Below are positions 20,286 to 29,422 of a stretch of 64,000 nt of DNA, in pieces. The translations under genes and the position numbers were made by a program. Below the pieces are notes generated by a model that worked only from the letters and a program-made list of their open reading frames with translations, did no database searches and had not been told where the DNA came from. The number at the start of each line of letters is the position of its first letter. Positions within the stretch are counted from its first letter, which is position 1. Source of the stretch: an uncultured Armatimonadia bacterium (GTDB lineage Bacteria > Armatimonadota > Zipacnadia > CAVVLO01); NCBI GenBank assembly GCA_963749155.1, contig CAVVLO010000001.1:576001-640000 (forward strand), read 5' to 3'.

Positions 20286-22430
20286 CTACCTGTTCCAGGC
20301 TGATGCAAGTTTACGCACTTGCGCCTTCAGCAAGCGAGCTTCTCCACCCTCGGCAGCGAGAGTCACCTGATTTTGGCCTGCTTCAAACAGAAAGCCCAGG
20401 GGCAGGTAGCTCCTGCCTTCCGCGCCGAATACTTCGCAAGTGGTGCGATCTACTAGCAACCGAAGCTTCAGATGCCCCTCGAGAAGCGGTACAGGGGCTT
20501 CGCGGTCCAGATAATGCAAGCGCTGCGATGCCATATCATAGGTTAGCTCAAATCCTTTGACGCTCAGCACCAGACGCTGGGCCGTGCCGGGATCGAGGTC
20601 GAGTTCGATATCGAACAAGCCCTCAGGACTTTCGGCGACGAGAGTGGATGAGGCTGCAATCGCCAAATTGCCCAAGCTGGTCTCTGAAAGGGCCAGGTTA
20701 GCTATCTCGGCAACTGGCCAGGCATACAGCGCAGGGCCTGCTTCGGTCTGGCGCAAAGTCAGTTCCACCGGGAAGCCCATCAACTGATTGAAAGGCATCT
20801 CGGGCGCTGCCATCGTGCCCCAGCAGATCTGGATGCGCCTGCCGTCCTCGGGAGGGACGTTGGTGAAGGTCTGTGAAGCGTAGAAGCAGTTGCCCCAGTT
20901 ATAGGGCTTTTTTGGACCGTCGGGAGTGAATTGCTTCCCATCGAACTGGCCCACAGCATATTCACCACTGGCCGCATAAAGCACCCAGCGCGACTCGCCA
21001 GGAGAGTCCTGGACCGGCAGCTCAAATAGCTCCGGGCATTCGAAATACCCGACGATGCGGCTCGCGTATTCCCACTCTTTCAGATCGGGAGAGGTGTAGA
21101 AAGCGATAGCCTGATCGACGCCTTCGCCGTTTTCAAGTGGACGCTCATCATAAACCGCCATCACCCAGTGCCCACCTGGCTCGTACCAGATGACCTTGGG
21201 GTCGCGTCCGGAGTGCTTCACCACGGGATTGCCTTCCCAGTCGATGAAGGTGCGCCCCTTATCCAGACTGTAAGCCATCGCCTCGCCGCGCGCGGTGCTG
21301 GTGAAGAAAGCCGCCATCACGGGGTTGTCTGGCTCGCCGAGGCCAGAAGTGTTCTCGTTGTCGATAACCGCACTGCCGGAGAAACAGTGATCATCATAGG
21401 CGCGCGGGTAGAGTGCGATAGGCAGCTCTTCCCAGTGCACCAGGTCCTGGCTGACCGCGTGACCCCAGTGCATATTGCCCCAACTCCAGCCATAAGGGTT
21501 GTGCTGGTAGAAGAGGTGCCACTCGCCCTCGTGATAGACAAGCCCGTTGGGATCGTTATTCCAGCCTCTGCGACTGCTGAAGTGGAACTGGGGGCGATAC
21601 CGCTCCTGGTAGAGGTGCTCAGCCCCACGTATCACAGCGTCCTGACTGACCAGAGCTAGCGCTTCGGGATTGCTGCCGGGAGGCTGGGGGATGACCAGGC
21701 GTATTTCCTGCCCCTGGAAGGCAGACAAATCAATAAAGGCCCAGAAGTCCGGTTCAGAATCGGCGAATTCGATGTCGAAGTCGCGCAGCAACTTGTCGTC
21801 GATGTAGAGTGACGCGCGGCGAACCGGCGCGCCAGTCTTGACGGGCAGATTGAGATAGCGGTGTTCGACTTTCATCAGAGCCTCCAGATCCGGTAAGGGG
21901 AGCGCTTGGTAACTTTGGTGGATGTGGTCGAGGTTGATGTGGCCCCAGCCGACTGTTGCTGTGTCGACAATCTGGATAACTGCCTGTTGGCCAAGCAAGT
22001 CAGAGACCTCCCAAGAGGCCCATTCCAGCCGTTCGGTGCCGCCTGGTTTATCATTCGGCCCCGTGGCAGTGCGGACGACCTTGCCATCAACCAGCAAGTT
22101 GATACAGGCCTGGCCGGGGTGCATACCTCCGCCAATCAGGAAGTTGATGAAGGGACGCTCGAGGGTGAAAGGCGGAGAGGTCAGGCTGCCTGTAGAACCG
22201 TCGCCCCCCACAAAGGAATTGACGAGACCACGACCTAGATGACCAGTAACGATCATCTGACCTGGCAAGGTGCCCTGGGCTGGGCCAGCGCCGAAGGCTG
22301 CACCGGTGACGGTCCAGTCGCCCCAATCAGGGCCTTCGAAATCGGCGATGAGCAGATCATCAGCTCTGCCAAGCCAGGCCAGGCAGAGGATAAGCCCAAG
22401 CGCGCAAGCTACCAGCATCGGGTGCTGCAT
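20286..22430 (-). CDS. Secreted GH32 levanase/beta-fructofuranosidase with extra N-terminal modules
   Basis: WNNDPNG, FSGSAV, RDPKV and FECP catalytic motifs; signal peptide. Confidence 0.92.
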   Translation of the reverse strand: MQHPMLVACALGLILCLAWLGRADDLLIADFEGPDWGDWTVTGAAFGAGPAQGTLPGQMIVTGHLGRGLVNSFVGGDGSTGSLTSPPFTLERPFINFLIGGGMHPGQACINLLVDGKVVRTATGPNDKPGGTERLEWASWEVSDLLGQQAVIQIVDTATVGWGHINLDHIHQSYQALPLPDLEALMKVEHRYLNLPVKTGAPVRRASLYIDDKLLRDFDIEFADSEPDFWAFIDLSAFQGQEIRLVIPQPPGSNPEALALVSQDAVIRGAEHLYQERYRPQFHFSSRRGWNNDPNGLVYHEGEWHLFYQHNPYGWSWGNMHWGHAVSQDLVHWEELPIALYPRAYDDHCFSGSAVIDNENTSGLGEPDNPVMAAFFTSTARGEAMAYSLDKGRTFIDWEGNPVVKHSGRDPKVIWYEPGGHWVMAVYDERPLENGEGVDQAIAFYTSPDLKEWEYASRIVGYFECPELFELPVQDSPGESRWVLYAASGEYAVGQFDGKQFTPDGPKKPYNWGNCFYASQTFTNVPPEDGRRIQICWGTMAAPEMPFNQLMGFPVELTLRQTEAGPALYAWPVAEIANLALSETSLGNLAIAASSTLVAESPEGLFDIELDLDPGTAQRLVLSVKGFELTYDMASQRLHYLDREAPVPLLEGHLKLRLLVDRTTCEVFGAEGRSYLPLGFLFEAGQNQVTLAAEGGEARLLKAQVRKLASAWNR

Positions 22431-22433
22431 CGG

Positions 22434-23687
22434 CTAGTCTTCCACCAGGTTGTCAGCGACCAATTTACGAGCTTCGGCGGAACTCAAGTCGCGGATCGGT
22501 TCCTCTGCGGCGATGATATTGCCGCGAATCTGGAAGAGGTCCGCGCCTTCATCTATCAAGACAGCCGGTTGCCCCGCGCCACTGAGGTGAGAGTTGGTAA
22601 CCAGCACGCGAGCGGCGCCTGGCCCAAGATGGATAGAAGGCGCTCCGCCGACGACCTGGCAGTTGGAGATAGAGACCTGGTTGCGCGGATGAGGCTCTGA
22701 GAAGGACACATAGATGCCCGGATTCACGATGTAAGGCATCGGGCGGATCTGGACGTCGTTGATGAAAGCGCCGTAATAGACGGAGGGGCAGTCTACTTTG
22801 ATACCGCAACCCTCATTGTTGTTGATGAGGATCTGGCTGTCACTGATGGTGAAACCGCACCTGCCCTCGAAGATGAAGCCAAATTCGACGTTCTCGACCC
22901 AGCACTGGGTAAACATCAAAGGCAGCGAATGAGCAGGAGCCTCAGGATTATCTGGCAGGACAGAAACAGGAAGCTGGTGGACAAAAGTCTTGCCTCCTAT
23001 CATAAAACATTTATCCATTATGAGGCCGTCCACCCGGCCAAACTCAAAACCAACGCGGTTATCGCGATACCAGTTGCCTTTGGATTCATCTCCGCCCACG
23101 AACCAGTGGACGTTCTCGATGCGCACGATATCGGCGATGCCATCGAGATGGACGCCAACGCTGTGCACGAAGCCAGTGAGGTTGCGTAGCAAAGCCTGGC
23201 CGGTATTGGTGGCGAACTCGCCAGTCGAGACGCCAACCCAGGCGGCATCGAAGACGATATTCTCGGCCGAGGGATTTATGCCGGCAAGCAATATGGCAGG
23301 GGGATAAGCGACAGGGGCGCTGTTGTCCTGATTGTTGGGATAACTGATTCCCAGGCCTTTCACAGAGGACACGTGATTGAGCACCACTGCGCTGTAGCCC
23401 GGTTGCTCCACGATAAGCCGGACAGCGGTGTTCTCCCACCTGTCGCCCTCGCCCAGGAGGGTAGTGTGAGCTGGCACGTTGAGCGCAGCAGTGATTCTAT
23501 ATTTGCCTGTTGGCAGATAGGCTACACCGGAGACTTGCCCGGCGGCCTCGAGCGCAGCCTGGATAGCCGCAGTATCGTCAGCTACGCCATCTCCGACGGC
23601 GCCATATTCCTTGGCGTCGAACATACCATCGGCCAGAGCGGCCACGGCAAGCAGCAATACGAGCCCCAGTATGATTAGCATCTTCAC
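22434..23687 (-). CDS. Secreted right-handed beta-helix (pectate lyase superfamily) protein
   Basis: Signal peptide then YGAVGDGVADDTAAIQAAL...YLPTGKY. Confidence 0.82.
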   Translation of the reverse strand: MKMLIILGLVLLLAVAALADGMFDAKEYGAVGDGVADDTAAIQAALEAAGQVSGVAYLPTGKYRITAALNVPAHTTLLGEGDRWENTAVRLIVEQPGYSAVVLNHVSSVKGLGISYPNNQDNSAPVAYPPAILLAGINPSAENIVFDAAWVGVSTGEFATNTGQALLRNLTGFVHSVGVHLDGIADIVRIENVHWFVGGDESKGNWYRDNRVGFEFGRVDGLIMDKCFMIGGKTFVHQLPVSVLPDNPEAPAHSLPLMFTQCWVENVEFGFIFEGRCGFTISDSQILINNNEGCGIKVDCPSVYYGAFINDVQIRPMPYIVNPGIYVSFSEPHPRNQVSISNCQVVGGAPSIHLGPGAARVLVTNSHLSGAGQPAVLIDEGADLFQIRGNIIAAEEPIRDLSSAEARKLVADNLVED

Positions 23688-23699
23688 GATAATCCTCCC

Positions 23700-25013
23700 T
23701 TATCGAACCAGCAGGCTGAGGGTCTCAGCTGCCAGTTCACTTATCTTGTTGCGGTTGTAACCCTGCACCGAGGAGCGCAGCTCATCGTGAAGAGGCTCGG
23801 TCCACTGGGCGGGTATACCCGAGGCGCCAAGCAGCACACCCATAATCGAGCCGGCGGTTGCGCCATTACAGTCGGTATCCAGCCCGCCCATTACAGCGAT
23901 AGATATCGTCTTGCCGAAATCGCCACCACCATGGAGCAGGGCAATAAGCACGATGCAGCAGTTGTTGATGGTGTGCACCCAGTGATACCGGCCATACTTG
24001 GCCATCATCTTGTCCCAGGTGACGCCCCAGTCGTCGGATTCTGCCGCCCAGGCTACGGTGTCGCGCACAGCCTCGGCCAGGCGGCAGTTGGCGGGTATCT
24101 CCGTAAGCGCGAGCTGGATGGCTTCCTGGACACTGCCTGTTACATAAGCGGCCGAGAGGAGCGCTGCGATAAACATCTCCCCATAGATGCCATTTTTCAC
24201 GTGCGAAAGCGCGGCATCACGGAAGGCAAGGTCGGCGGCCAGTTGCAACTTGCCAGGCGCAACCCAGCCCCAGAAGTCGGCGCGGATCTGAGCGCCAATC
24301 CACTCGCGGAAGGGATTCTTTATCAGGGCTGTTGCGGGCGGGGTGACGGTGTCAATCAGGTTGCGATAGGCCACATGTTCGGCGGTGCAGACCGAATTGT
24401 AGGGGAAGTAGGTCAGCCAGCCATTGCCGACGCTGCTGGTCGACATCGCTAGCCCGTGTTGCTTGAAATGCACCAGACCGAAGACCGAATAGTCGGTGTC
24501 GTCGTCCTTGGCGGCATAAGTGATGTTGGGGCGCAGACAATCTTTCATCCCCAGATGGATGCGCAAGGCCTCGGGGACGGTTTCTGGATCAGCCTCGGCA
24601 AAATACTGGGTAAGTGGCCATTCGCCCACATGTTCGAGATAACCTTGAATCCGCTCGCGCGGAAGGCCTTCGACTGGCTTGCCCAGGATACAGCCTGCAA
24701 TGCGGCCATACCAGGCGCCCCGGATTTTTTCTTCAAGCTCTGAGTCCGTTAGAGAAACGGGCAGCTCTCGCGGGCCCTCGGGGCGGGCAGCCTGGATGCC
24801 AGGCAGGTCAGAGGGCTCCTGGTAGGGAAAGTCAGCGGCCGGCACGCGCAGGGCGGCTTTACGCCATAAAGAATCGAGTAGAGCCGCATCGGCCTGGCTG
24901 GCGGGATTGGAGCAATGGGCGAAAGCAGCAACCAGATCCGCAGTCGGGCAGCCTTCTTCGGCAAGCTGGACAAGCTCCTCAGCGAACAAATCGCGAGATT
25001 CCTGGATGGTCAA
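23700..25013 (-). CDS. ADP-ribosylglycohydrolase family protein
   Basis: GCILGKPVEG, DDDTDY, IGAQIRAD and GLDTDCNGATAGS motifs; TTG start at 25013 after GGAGG. Confidence 0.88.
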   Translation of the reverse strand: MTIQESRDLFAEELVQLAEEGCPTADLVAAFAHCSNPASQADAALLDSLWRKAALRVPAADFPYQEPSDLPGIQAARPEGPRELPVSLTDSELEEKIRGAWYGRIAGCILGKPVEGLPRERIQGYLEHVGEWPLTQYFAEADPETVPEALRIHLGMKDCLRPNITYAAKDDDTDYSVFGLVHFKQHGLAMSTSSVGNGWLTYFPYNSVCTAEHVAYRNLIDTVTPPATALIKNPFREWIGAQIRADFWGWVAPGKLQLAADLAFRDAALSHVKNGIYGEMFIAALLSAAYVTGSVQEAIQLALTEIPANCRLAEAVRDTVAWAAESDDWGVTWDKMMAKYGRYHWVHTINNCCIVLIALLHGGGDFGKTISIAVMGGLDTDCNGATAGSIMGVLLGASGIPAQWTEPLHDELRSSVQGYNRNKISELAAETLSLLVR

Positions 25014-25090
25014 TTGGATTCCCTCCAAAAAGCAGTATGAATTGCGCACCAGTTGGCGATAGAGGGAAGGCTTCCTGCTGAGGAGGGCAG

Positions 25091-25300
25091 TTAAAGAGCG
25101 CTTGTCTTGCGCACAATCATCCAGTGGAAGAAAAGTGCGAGCGCCAGGCCAAAGAGTCCCCCAAAGACGAGGGATTTCGTGAGAAAGGCAAGAGGCAGTT
25201 GAAGCTCGAAGGGCTTGGAGGCAAGCGACATTACAACCCCATAGCTGAGGACCAGCGCGGTTATGAGACCAAGCAGAGCGCTCTTGAACCAGCCAAACAC
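25091..25300 (-). CDS. Small two-TM membrane protein (69 aa)
   Basis: GTG at 25300 after AAGGGGGG; two hydrophobic segments; it is the 3' end of the listed 25091..26143 ORF and has a promoter upstream. Confidence 0.6.
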   Translation of the reverse strand: MFGWFKSALLGLITALVLSYGVVMSLASKPFELQLPLAFLTKSLVFGGLFGLALALFFHWMIVRKTSAL

Positions 25301-25342
25301 GAGGCTGCCCCCCTTTTTTAACGGTGGTATGAAGGCAAAGGC

Positions 25343-25372
25343 AGTATAAGTGCGAGAAAGTAAGCCCGTCAA
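25343..25372 (-). promoter_or_regulatory. Candidate sigma70 promoter for the minus-strand unit
   Basis: Minus strand TTGACG-N18-TATACT. Confidence 0.6.
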
Positions 25373-25406
25373 GTAAACAGGGGAAGCAGTCCAGAGGGCG
25401 AAGCCT

Positions 25407-25435
25407 TTGACTCGGCAGGCAGCGCTTCTTATAAT
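25407..25435 (+). promoter_or_regulatory. Sigma70 promoter for the ABC ATPase
   Basis: TTGACT-N17-TATAAT. Confidence 0.75.
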
Positions 25436-25471
25436 GCTGTTGGTTTTCACCAAGGGCTGGAGGGCGAGAGC

Positions 25472-26575
25472 ATGGCTCAGGTTACGCTGGCAGACCTTTC
25501 GAAGCGCTTTAAGGAAGTCGTGGCAGTAGATAAAGTAAACCTCGAGATCTTCGATGGCGAATTTATGGTACTGGTTGGACCTTCGGGTTGCGGCAAGACT
25601 ACGACTCTGCGGATGATTGCAGGGCTCGAAGAAGCCACCGAAGGCACTATCCACATTGGCGAGCGGCTGGTAAATGACGTATCTCCGAAGGACCGGGATA
25701 TCGCAATGGTCTTTCAGAATTACGCCCTTTATCCTCATATGACCGTTTATGACAATATGGCTTTCGCCTTGCGCTTGCGCAAGATGCCCAAAGACGAAAT
25801 AGACAGGCGAGTAAAGACAGCCGCCGAGATGCTGGGCCTGGGCACTTTGCTCAAGCGTCGCCCGAAGGAGCTTTCGGGTGGCCAGCGCCAGCGGGTCGCT
25901 CTTGGTCGCGCCATCGTGCGCGAGCCAGCTGTCTTCCTTATGGATGAGCCGCTTTCCAACCTGGATGCCAAAGTGCGCGTTCAGACCCGGGCCGAGCTTA
26001 TCAAGCTGCACCGCCGGCTTGGGGTCACAACTATCTACGTCACCCATGACCAGACCGAAGCGATGACGATGGGCGACCGGATCACTGTAATGAACGATGG
26101 CCTGGTGCAACAGGTAGATACCCCTCTTAACCTGTACAACCATCCTGCCAACAAATTTGTGGCTGGTTTCATCGGCAGTCCCTCGATGAACTTCCTCGAG
26201 GCAATGGTCGAAGAGCGAGAGGGCGGCATCTGGGTTAACTGCGGCGAGTTCTCACTCGAGTTCAATCCCGAGAACGCCGCCAAAGCGAAAGAACGTGTTG
26301 GGCAGAAGATGTTCTTTGGCGTGCGGCCAGAGCATATCTACAGCAAAGAACTGGCCCCTGTGCCCTCTACCGCTGGCAACACTTTGGAGTTCTTCATTGA
26401 TGTTATCGAGCCGATGGGCGCCGATATGATAGTTTATGCCGATAAGGGCGAAGTGCATCTTGTGCTGAGTCTTTCATCGGATTCGCTGGTCGCCGAGGAC
26501 AAGCCTGCCGACCTGGTTTTCGAGATGGCCAAGACTCATCTTTTCGATATGGAAACCGGCGAGGCGCTTTTCTGA
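25472..26575 (+). CDS. Sugar ABC transporter ATP-binding protein (MalK/MsmX/UgpC type), orphan
   Basis: GPSGCGKTT, LSGGQRQR, DEPLSNLD, YVTHDQ and a TOBE tail; no permease genes adjacent. Confidence 0.95.
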   Translation: MAQVTLADLSKRFKEVVAVDKVNLEIFDGEFMVLVGPSGCGKTTTLRMIAGLEEATEGTIHIGERLVNDVSPKDRDIAMVFQNYALYPHMTVYDNMAFALRLRKMPKDEIDRRVKTAAEMLGLGTLLKRRPKELSGGQRQRVALGRAIVREPAVFLMDEPLSNLDAKVRVQTRAELIKLHRRLGVTTIYVTHDQTEAMTMGDRITVMNDGLVQQVDTPLNLYNHPANKFVAGFIGSPSMNFLEAMVEEREGGIWVNCGEFSLEFNPENAAKAKERVGQKMFFGVRPEHIYSKELAPVPSTAGNTLEFFIDVIEPMGADMIVYADKGEVHLVLSLSSDSLVAEDKPADLVFEMAKTHLFDMETGEALF

Positions 26576-26598
26576 GCGCGCATCTAACCAGGAAGGCC

Positions 26599-26633
26599 AA
26601 GGGCACAGGGCATCCCCCTGTGCCTTTCCTTTG
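26599..26633 (+). terminator. Terminator-like hairpin
   Basis: AAGGGCACAGGG-CATCC-CCCTGTGCCTTT followed by CCTTTG. Confidence 0.6.
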
Positions 26634-26644
26634 CCAGAAGGCTT

Positions 26645-27811
26645 ATGAGCGAAACTTTACTGCGGGGTAAGGAATTCCGTATCCCGCCCAGAATCATATT
26701 TGGGGCCGGCAGCCTTGCCAGGATTGGTGAGGAAGCAGCGGCGCTTGGCAACAAGGCTTTGCTTGTCACTGGCAAGCGCGCGATGAAAGAGAGCGGGACA
26801 CTTGCGCGAGTTCAGAAAGCTTTGAAGCAGGCTTCAGTACAGGTGGAAGTGTTCGACCAGGTCGAGTCTGAACCGACTCTTTTCTGCCTGATGGAGGCGC
26901 TAGAGGCGGCGCGCCAGAACCAGGTGCGACTTGTAATAGGCCTGGGTGGTGGCAGCGCGCTGGACGTTGCAAAAGCAACAGCTGGGCTTGCTTTTGCAGA
27001 GCGGACTCCTGCCGAATACTTTCGGGGCGCCTCGATTGAACCTGCCGAGCGACTGCCTTTTATGGCAGTGCCGACTACCGCGGGCACCGGGGCAGAAGTC
27101 ACTCCCAATAGTGTGCTGACCGATGAGGCCAGCTCGCGCAAAGCCAGCATAAGACATCCTGACTGGTTTGCAAAAACAGTGCTGGCCGATCCGGAATTGC
27201 TTGCCTCCTTACCCCTTGACCAGGCGCTTGCTTCAGGCGTGGATGCGCTTGCCCATTCGCTGGAAAGCCTGGTCTCAACCGGCGCCAACGATTTAACGGC
27301 TCCAGTTTCAACCCAGGCGGCTGTCGGCTTGATGGCCAACTTGCCCAGGCTCGCTGACCAAGGCTATTCCGCCCCAGTTGCGGCTCAGTTGCTGTCGGCC
27401 AGCCTGCTGGCAGGTATCGCGCTGGCAAATGCAGGACTGGGACTTGTTCACGCGCTGGCGCACCCACTCGGAGTATTATGTAAAGCAGGTCACGGCCTGA
27501 CCTGTGCTGCTCTTCTGGCGCCGGTTGTCCGATTCAACTTCGAGACAGGGCGCGAGCGCTATACTCAGGTCACACGGATGGTAGACTTGTCTTTGCCTGG
27601 CCAGGCTGAAAGCGGGTTGAGTTTACCCAGGCAACTGGACGAATTGCTAAATCGGCTAGGCTTGCCAGCCAGTCCGGCCAGTCTGGGGCTTACCAGAGAA
27701 CAAGCCCGGCGCCTGGTGCGAGAGCTTAATCGGGAAGGCTCTTTTAGATATAATCCGCGCTCAGCAAGCGATGAAGAGCTGGTTGGGCTGTTGATGGGGG
27801 AGGTGGGCTAG
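26645..27811 (+). CDS. Iron-containing alcohol dehydrogenase family protein
   Basis: GGGSALD, PTTAGTGAE, DALAHSLE, HALAH and HG motifs. Confidence 0.92.
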   Translation: MSETLLRGKEFRIPPRIIFGAGSLARIGEEAAALGNKALLVTGKRAMKESGTLARVQKALKQASVQVEVFDQVESEPTLFCLMEALEAARQNQVRLVIGLGGGSALDVAKATAGLAFAERTPAEYFRGASIEPAERLPFMAVPTTAGTGAEVTPNSVLTDEASSRKASIRHPDWFAKTVLADPELLASLPLDQALASGVDALAHSLESLVSTGANDLTAPVSTQAAVGLMANLPRLADQGYSAPVAAQLLSASLLAGIALANAGLGLVHALAHPLGVLCKAGHGLTCAALLAPVVRFNFETGRERYTQVTRMVDLSLPGQAESGLSLPRQLDELLNRLGLPASPASLGLTREQARRLVRELNREGSFRYNPRSASDEELVGLLMGEVG

Positions 27812-27815
27812 TTCA

Positions 27816-28577
27816 ATGAAAACAGTTGAAGACGTCCCTCTCCCGCTTGAAGTCCATCTCGAGGATTTGCGCTGGCATCTGCTGCGCGGGTTGATTTATG
27901 TAATGCTGTCGACCGGCATCGCTTTTTCTTTCCACAAAGAGCTGTTCAAGATTGTTCTAACGCCTGCCCTGGACCTGCTGGCCAGCGCTGATGGGCATAT
28001 CATCACAACTCGCCCCTCGGAAGCCTTCTTTGCCCATTTCAACCTGGCGCTTATGCTGGGCATCATATTCGCCTCACCAGCGCTTGCGGCAGAATTGCTG
28101 GCTTTCCTTTGGCGAGCCTTGCCAGTGTGGCTACGCAAGGGCGTCTGGCTAATCGTGCCTATAATAGTGGTGCTGTTCTGCGCGGGAGTGGCCTTCAGTT
28201 ATTTTATCGTCGTGCCGATAATCTTGAAGTTCTTCATTGGCTTCGCGGCAGCCTCCGAGATGCAGTCGCTGTATACTATAGGGGAGTACATCTCGTTCCT
28301 TACCAGGATGTCACTCATCACTGGGCTTTCTTTTGAAGTCCCAGTGCTGGTCGTATTGCTCATAGCTGCAGGACTTGTCTCGACAAGAGACCTGGGGCGT
28401 CAGCGCCCCTATCTGGTGGTTGGGATATTTATTGCCGCGGCTGTTGTGACGCCAACGGGCGATCCTATTACGATGAGCCTGGTCGGTGTGCCAGTCTATA
28501 TACTGTTTGAGCTGAGTCTTATCTTTGGCAGATTGATAGAACATCGTCGAAAGGCGCCCTCGGACGAAGAAAACTAG
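27816..28577 (+). CDS. tatC: Twin-arginine translocase subunit TatC
   Basis: HLEDLRW, FEVPV and AAVVTPTGDP motifs, YILFELS; about six TM helices. Confidence 0.93.
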   Translation: MKTVEDVPLPLEVHLEDLRWHLLRGLIYVMLSTGIAFSFHKELFKIVLTPALDLLASADGHIITTRPSEAFFAHFNLALMLGIIFASPALAAELLAFLWRALPVWLRKGVWLIVPIIVVLFCAGVAFSYFIVVPIILKFFIGFAAASEMQSLYTIGEYISFLTRMSLITGLSFEVPVLVVLLIAAGLVSTRDLGRQRPYLVVGIFIAAAVVTPTGDPITMSLVGVPVYILFELSLIFGRLIEHRRKAPSDEEN

Positions 28578-28639
28578 CTTTCAGGGATTTTTCTGTTTAT
28601 TGAAGGAAATAGAAAAGCTGTGGCGAAGCTTGGCTGTAG

Positions 28640-28648
28640 TGGTATAAT
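28640..28648 (+). promoter_or_regulatory. Extended -10 promoter for the secretin module
   Basis: TGGTATAAT in an AT-rich intergenic region, 39 nt upstream of ATG 28688. Confidence 0.65.
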
Positions 28649-28687
28649 ACAGCCAGTCTGAAGCCCGGTTAAGGGGGAGACAGTGGC

Positions 28688-29371
28688 ATGAGAAAGCTCG
28701 CCTTCCTGGCGGTTCTAGTTGTGCTGACAGGCGTCTTTGGCACTTTTGCTTGCGCGGACATGAACACGCCAGTCAGTGTAAGTGTACGCGATGCGGATGT
28801 GCGCGAGGTACTCGACCTGGTGGCAACTGCCGCAGATTTGAAACTCAAGTTCGAGGCAACCCTGCGCGGTCGCATTACTCTTTCGGTCACCGAACGTCCA
28901 GCAGCCACCGTAATGCAGCTTGTGGCTGGGATGATGGGGGTCGAGATGTACGAGAGCGAGGGCGTGGTGACTTTCTCCAGGCCTGGCGATGGGGCGGCTG
29001 ATCTGACAAGCATCAAAAAAGCCATCGCCGATGTGCCTGAGCCCGAGCTTGGCTACAGGGTCTACATAACTCCTGAAAACCAGCAGGTATCCAGCGCTTC
29101 GATGTTTGGCACTGATTATTATGCTACGGAAGACTACGTCACCGAGAAAGTGCCAGTATACTTTGCGGATGCAATCGACATCGCCTACATGTTCGGCGGG
29201 GACGTCATCGAGACTCGCATGATGGACTACGCGGGTGGCGGCGGCGGTGGCAGCTACGGCAACAACAACAGCAACAACAGCAACAGCAACAACCGCAACA
29301 ACAATGACAACAACAACAATCGCAACAGCAACTCTAACCGCAACAGCAACAGCAGCTCGAGCAGCTGGTAG
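28688..29371 (+). CDS. Secreted STN/N0-domain protein, secretin N-terminus paralog with Asn-rich tail
   Basis: Signal peptide; VSVSVRDADVREVL...GRITLSV STN-like domain; visible similarity to the downstream secretin; no beta-barrel. Confidence 0.75.
   Translation: MRKLAFLAVLVVLTGVFGTFACADMNTPVSVSVRDADVREVLDLVATAADLKLKFEATLRGRITLSVTERPAATVMQLVAGMMGVEMYESEGVVTFSRPGDGAADLTSIKKAIADVPEPELGYRVYITPENQQVSSASMFGTDYYATEDYVTEKVPVYFADAIDIAYMFGGDVIETRMMDYAGGGGGGSYGNNNSNNSNSNNRNNNDNNNNRNSNSNRNSNSSSSSW
29261..29368 (+). repeat. Imperfect AAC/AGC trinucleotide repeat encoding an Asn/Ser tail
   Basis: aacaacaacagcaacaacagcaacagc...; 20 of the last 36 residues are Asn. Confidence 0.9.
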
Positions 29372-29422
29372 GCAGCCCTGCTGCCTGACTGACGCAAGGC
29401 AGATCGGAGAAGGAGACTGAAG

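Noticed and set aside
25301..26143. 350-aa minus-strand ORF
   Set aside because: Mostly antisense to the ABC ATPase; only 25091-25300 has an SD, promoter and TM pattern.
29261..29368. CRISPR array or contingency microsatellite
   Set aside because: It is an imperfect in-frame codon repeat with no repeat-spacer structure.
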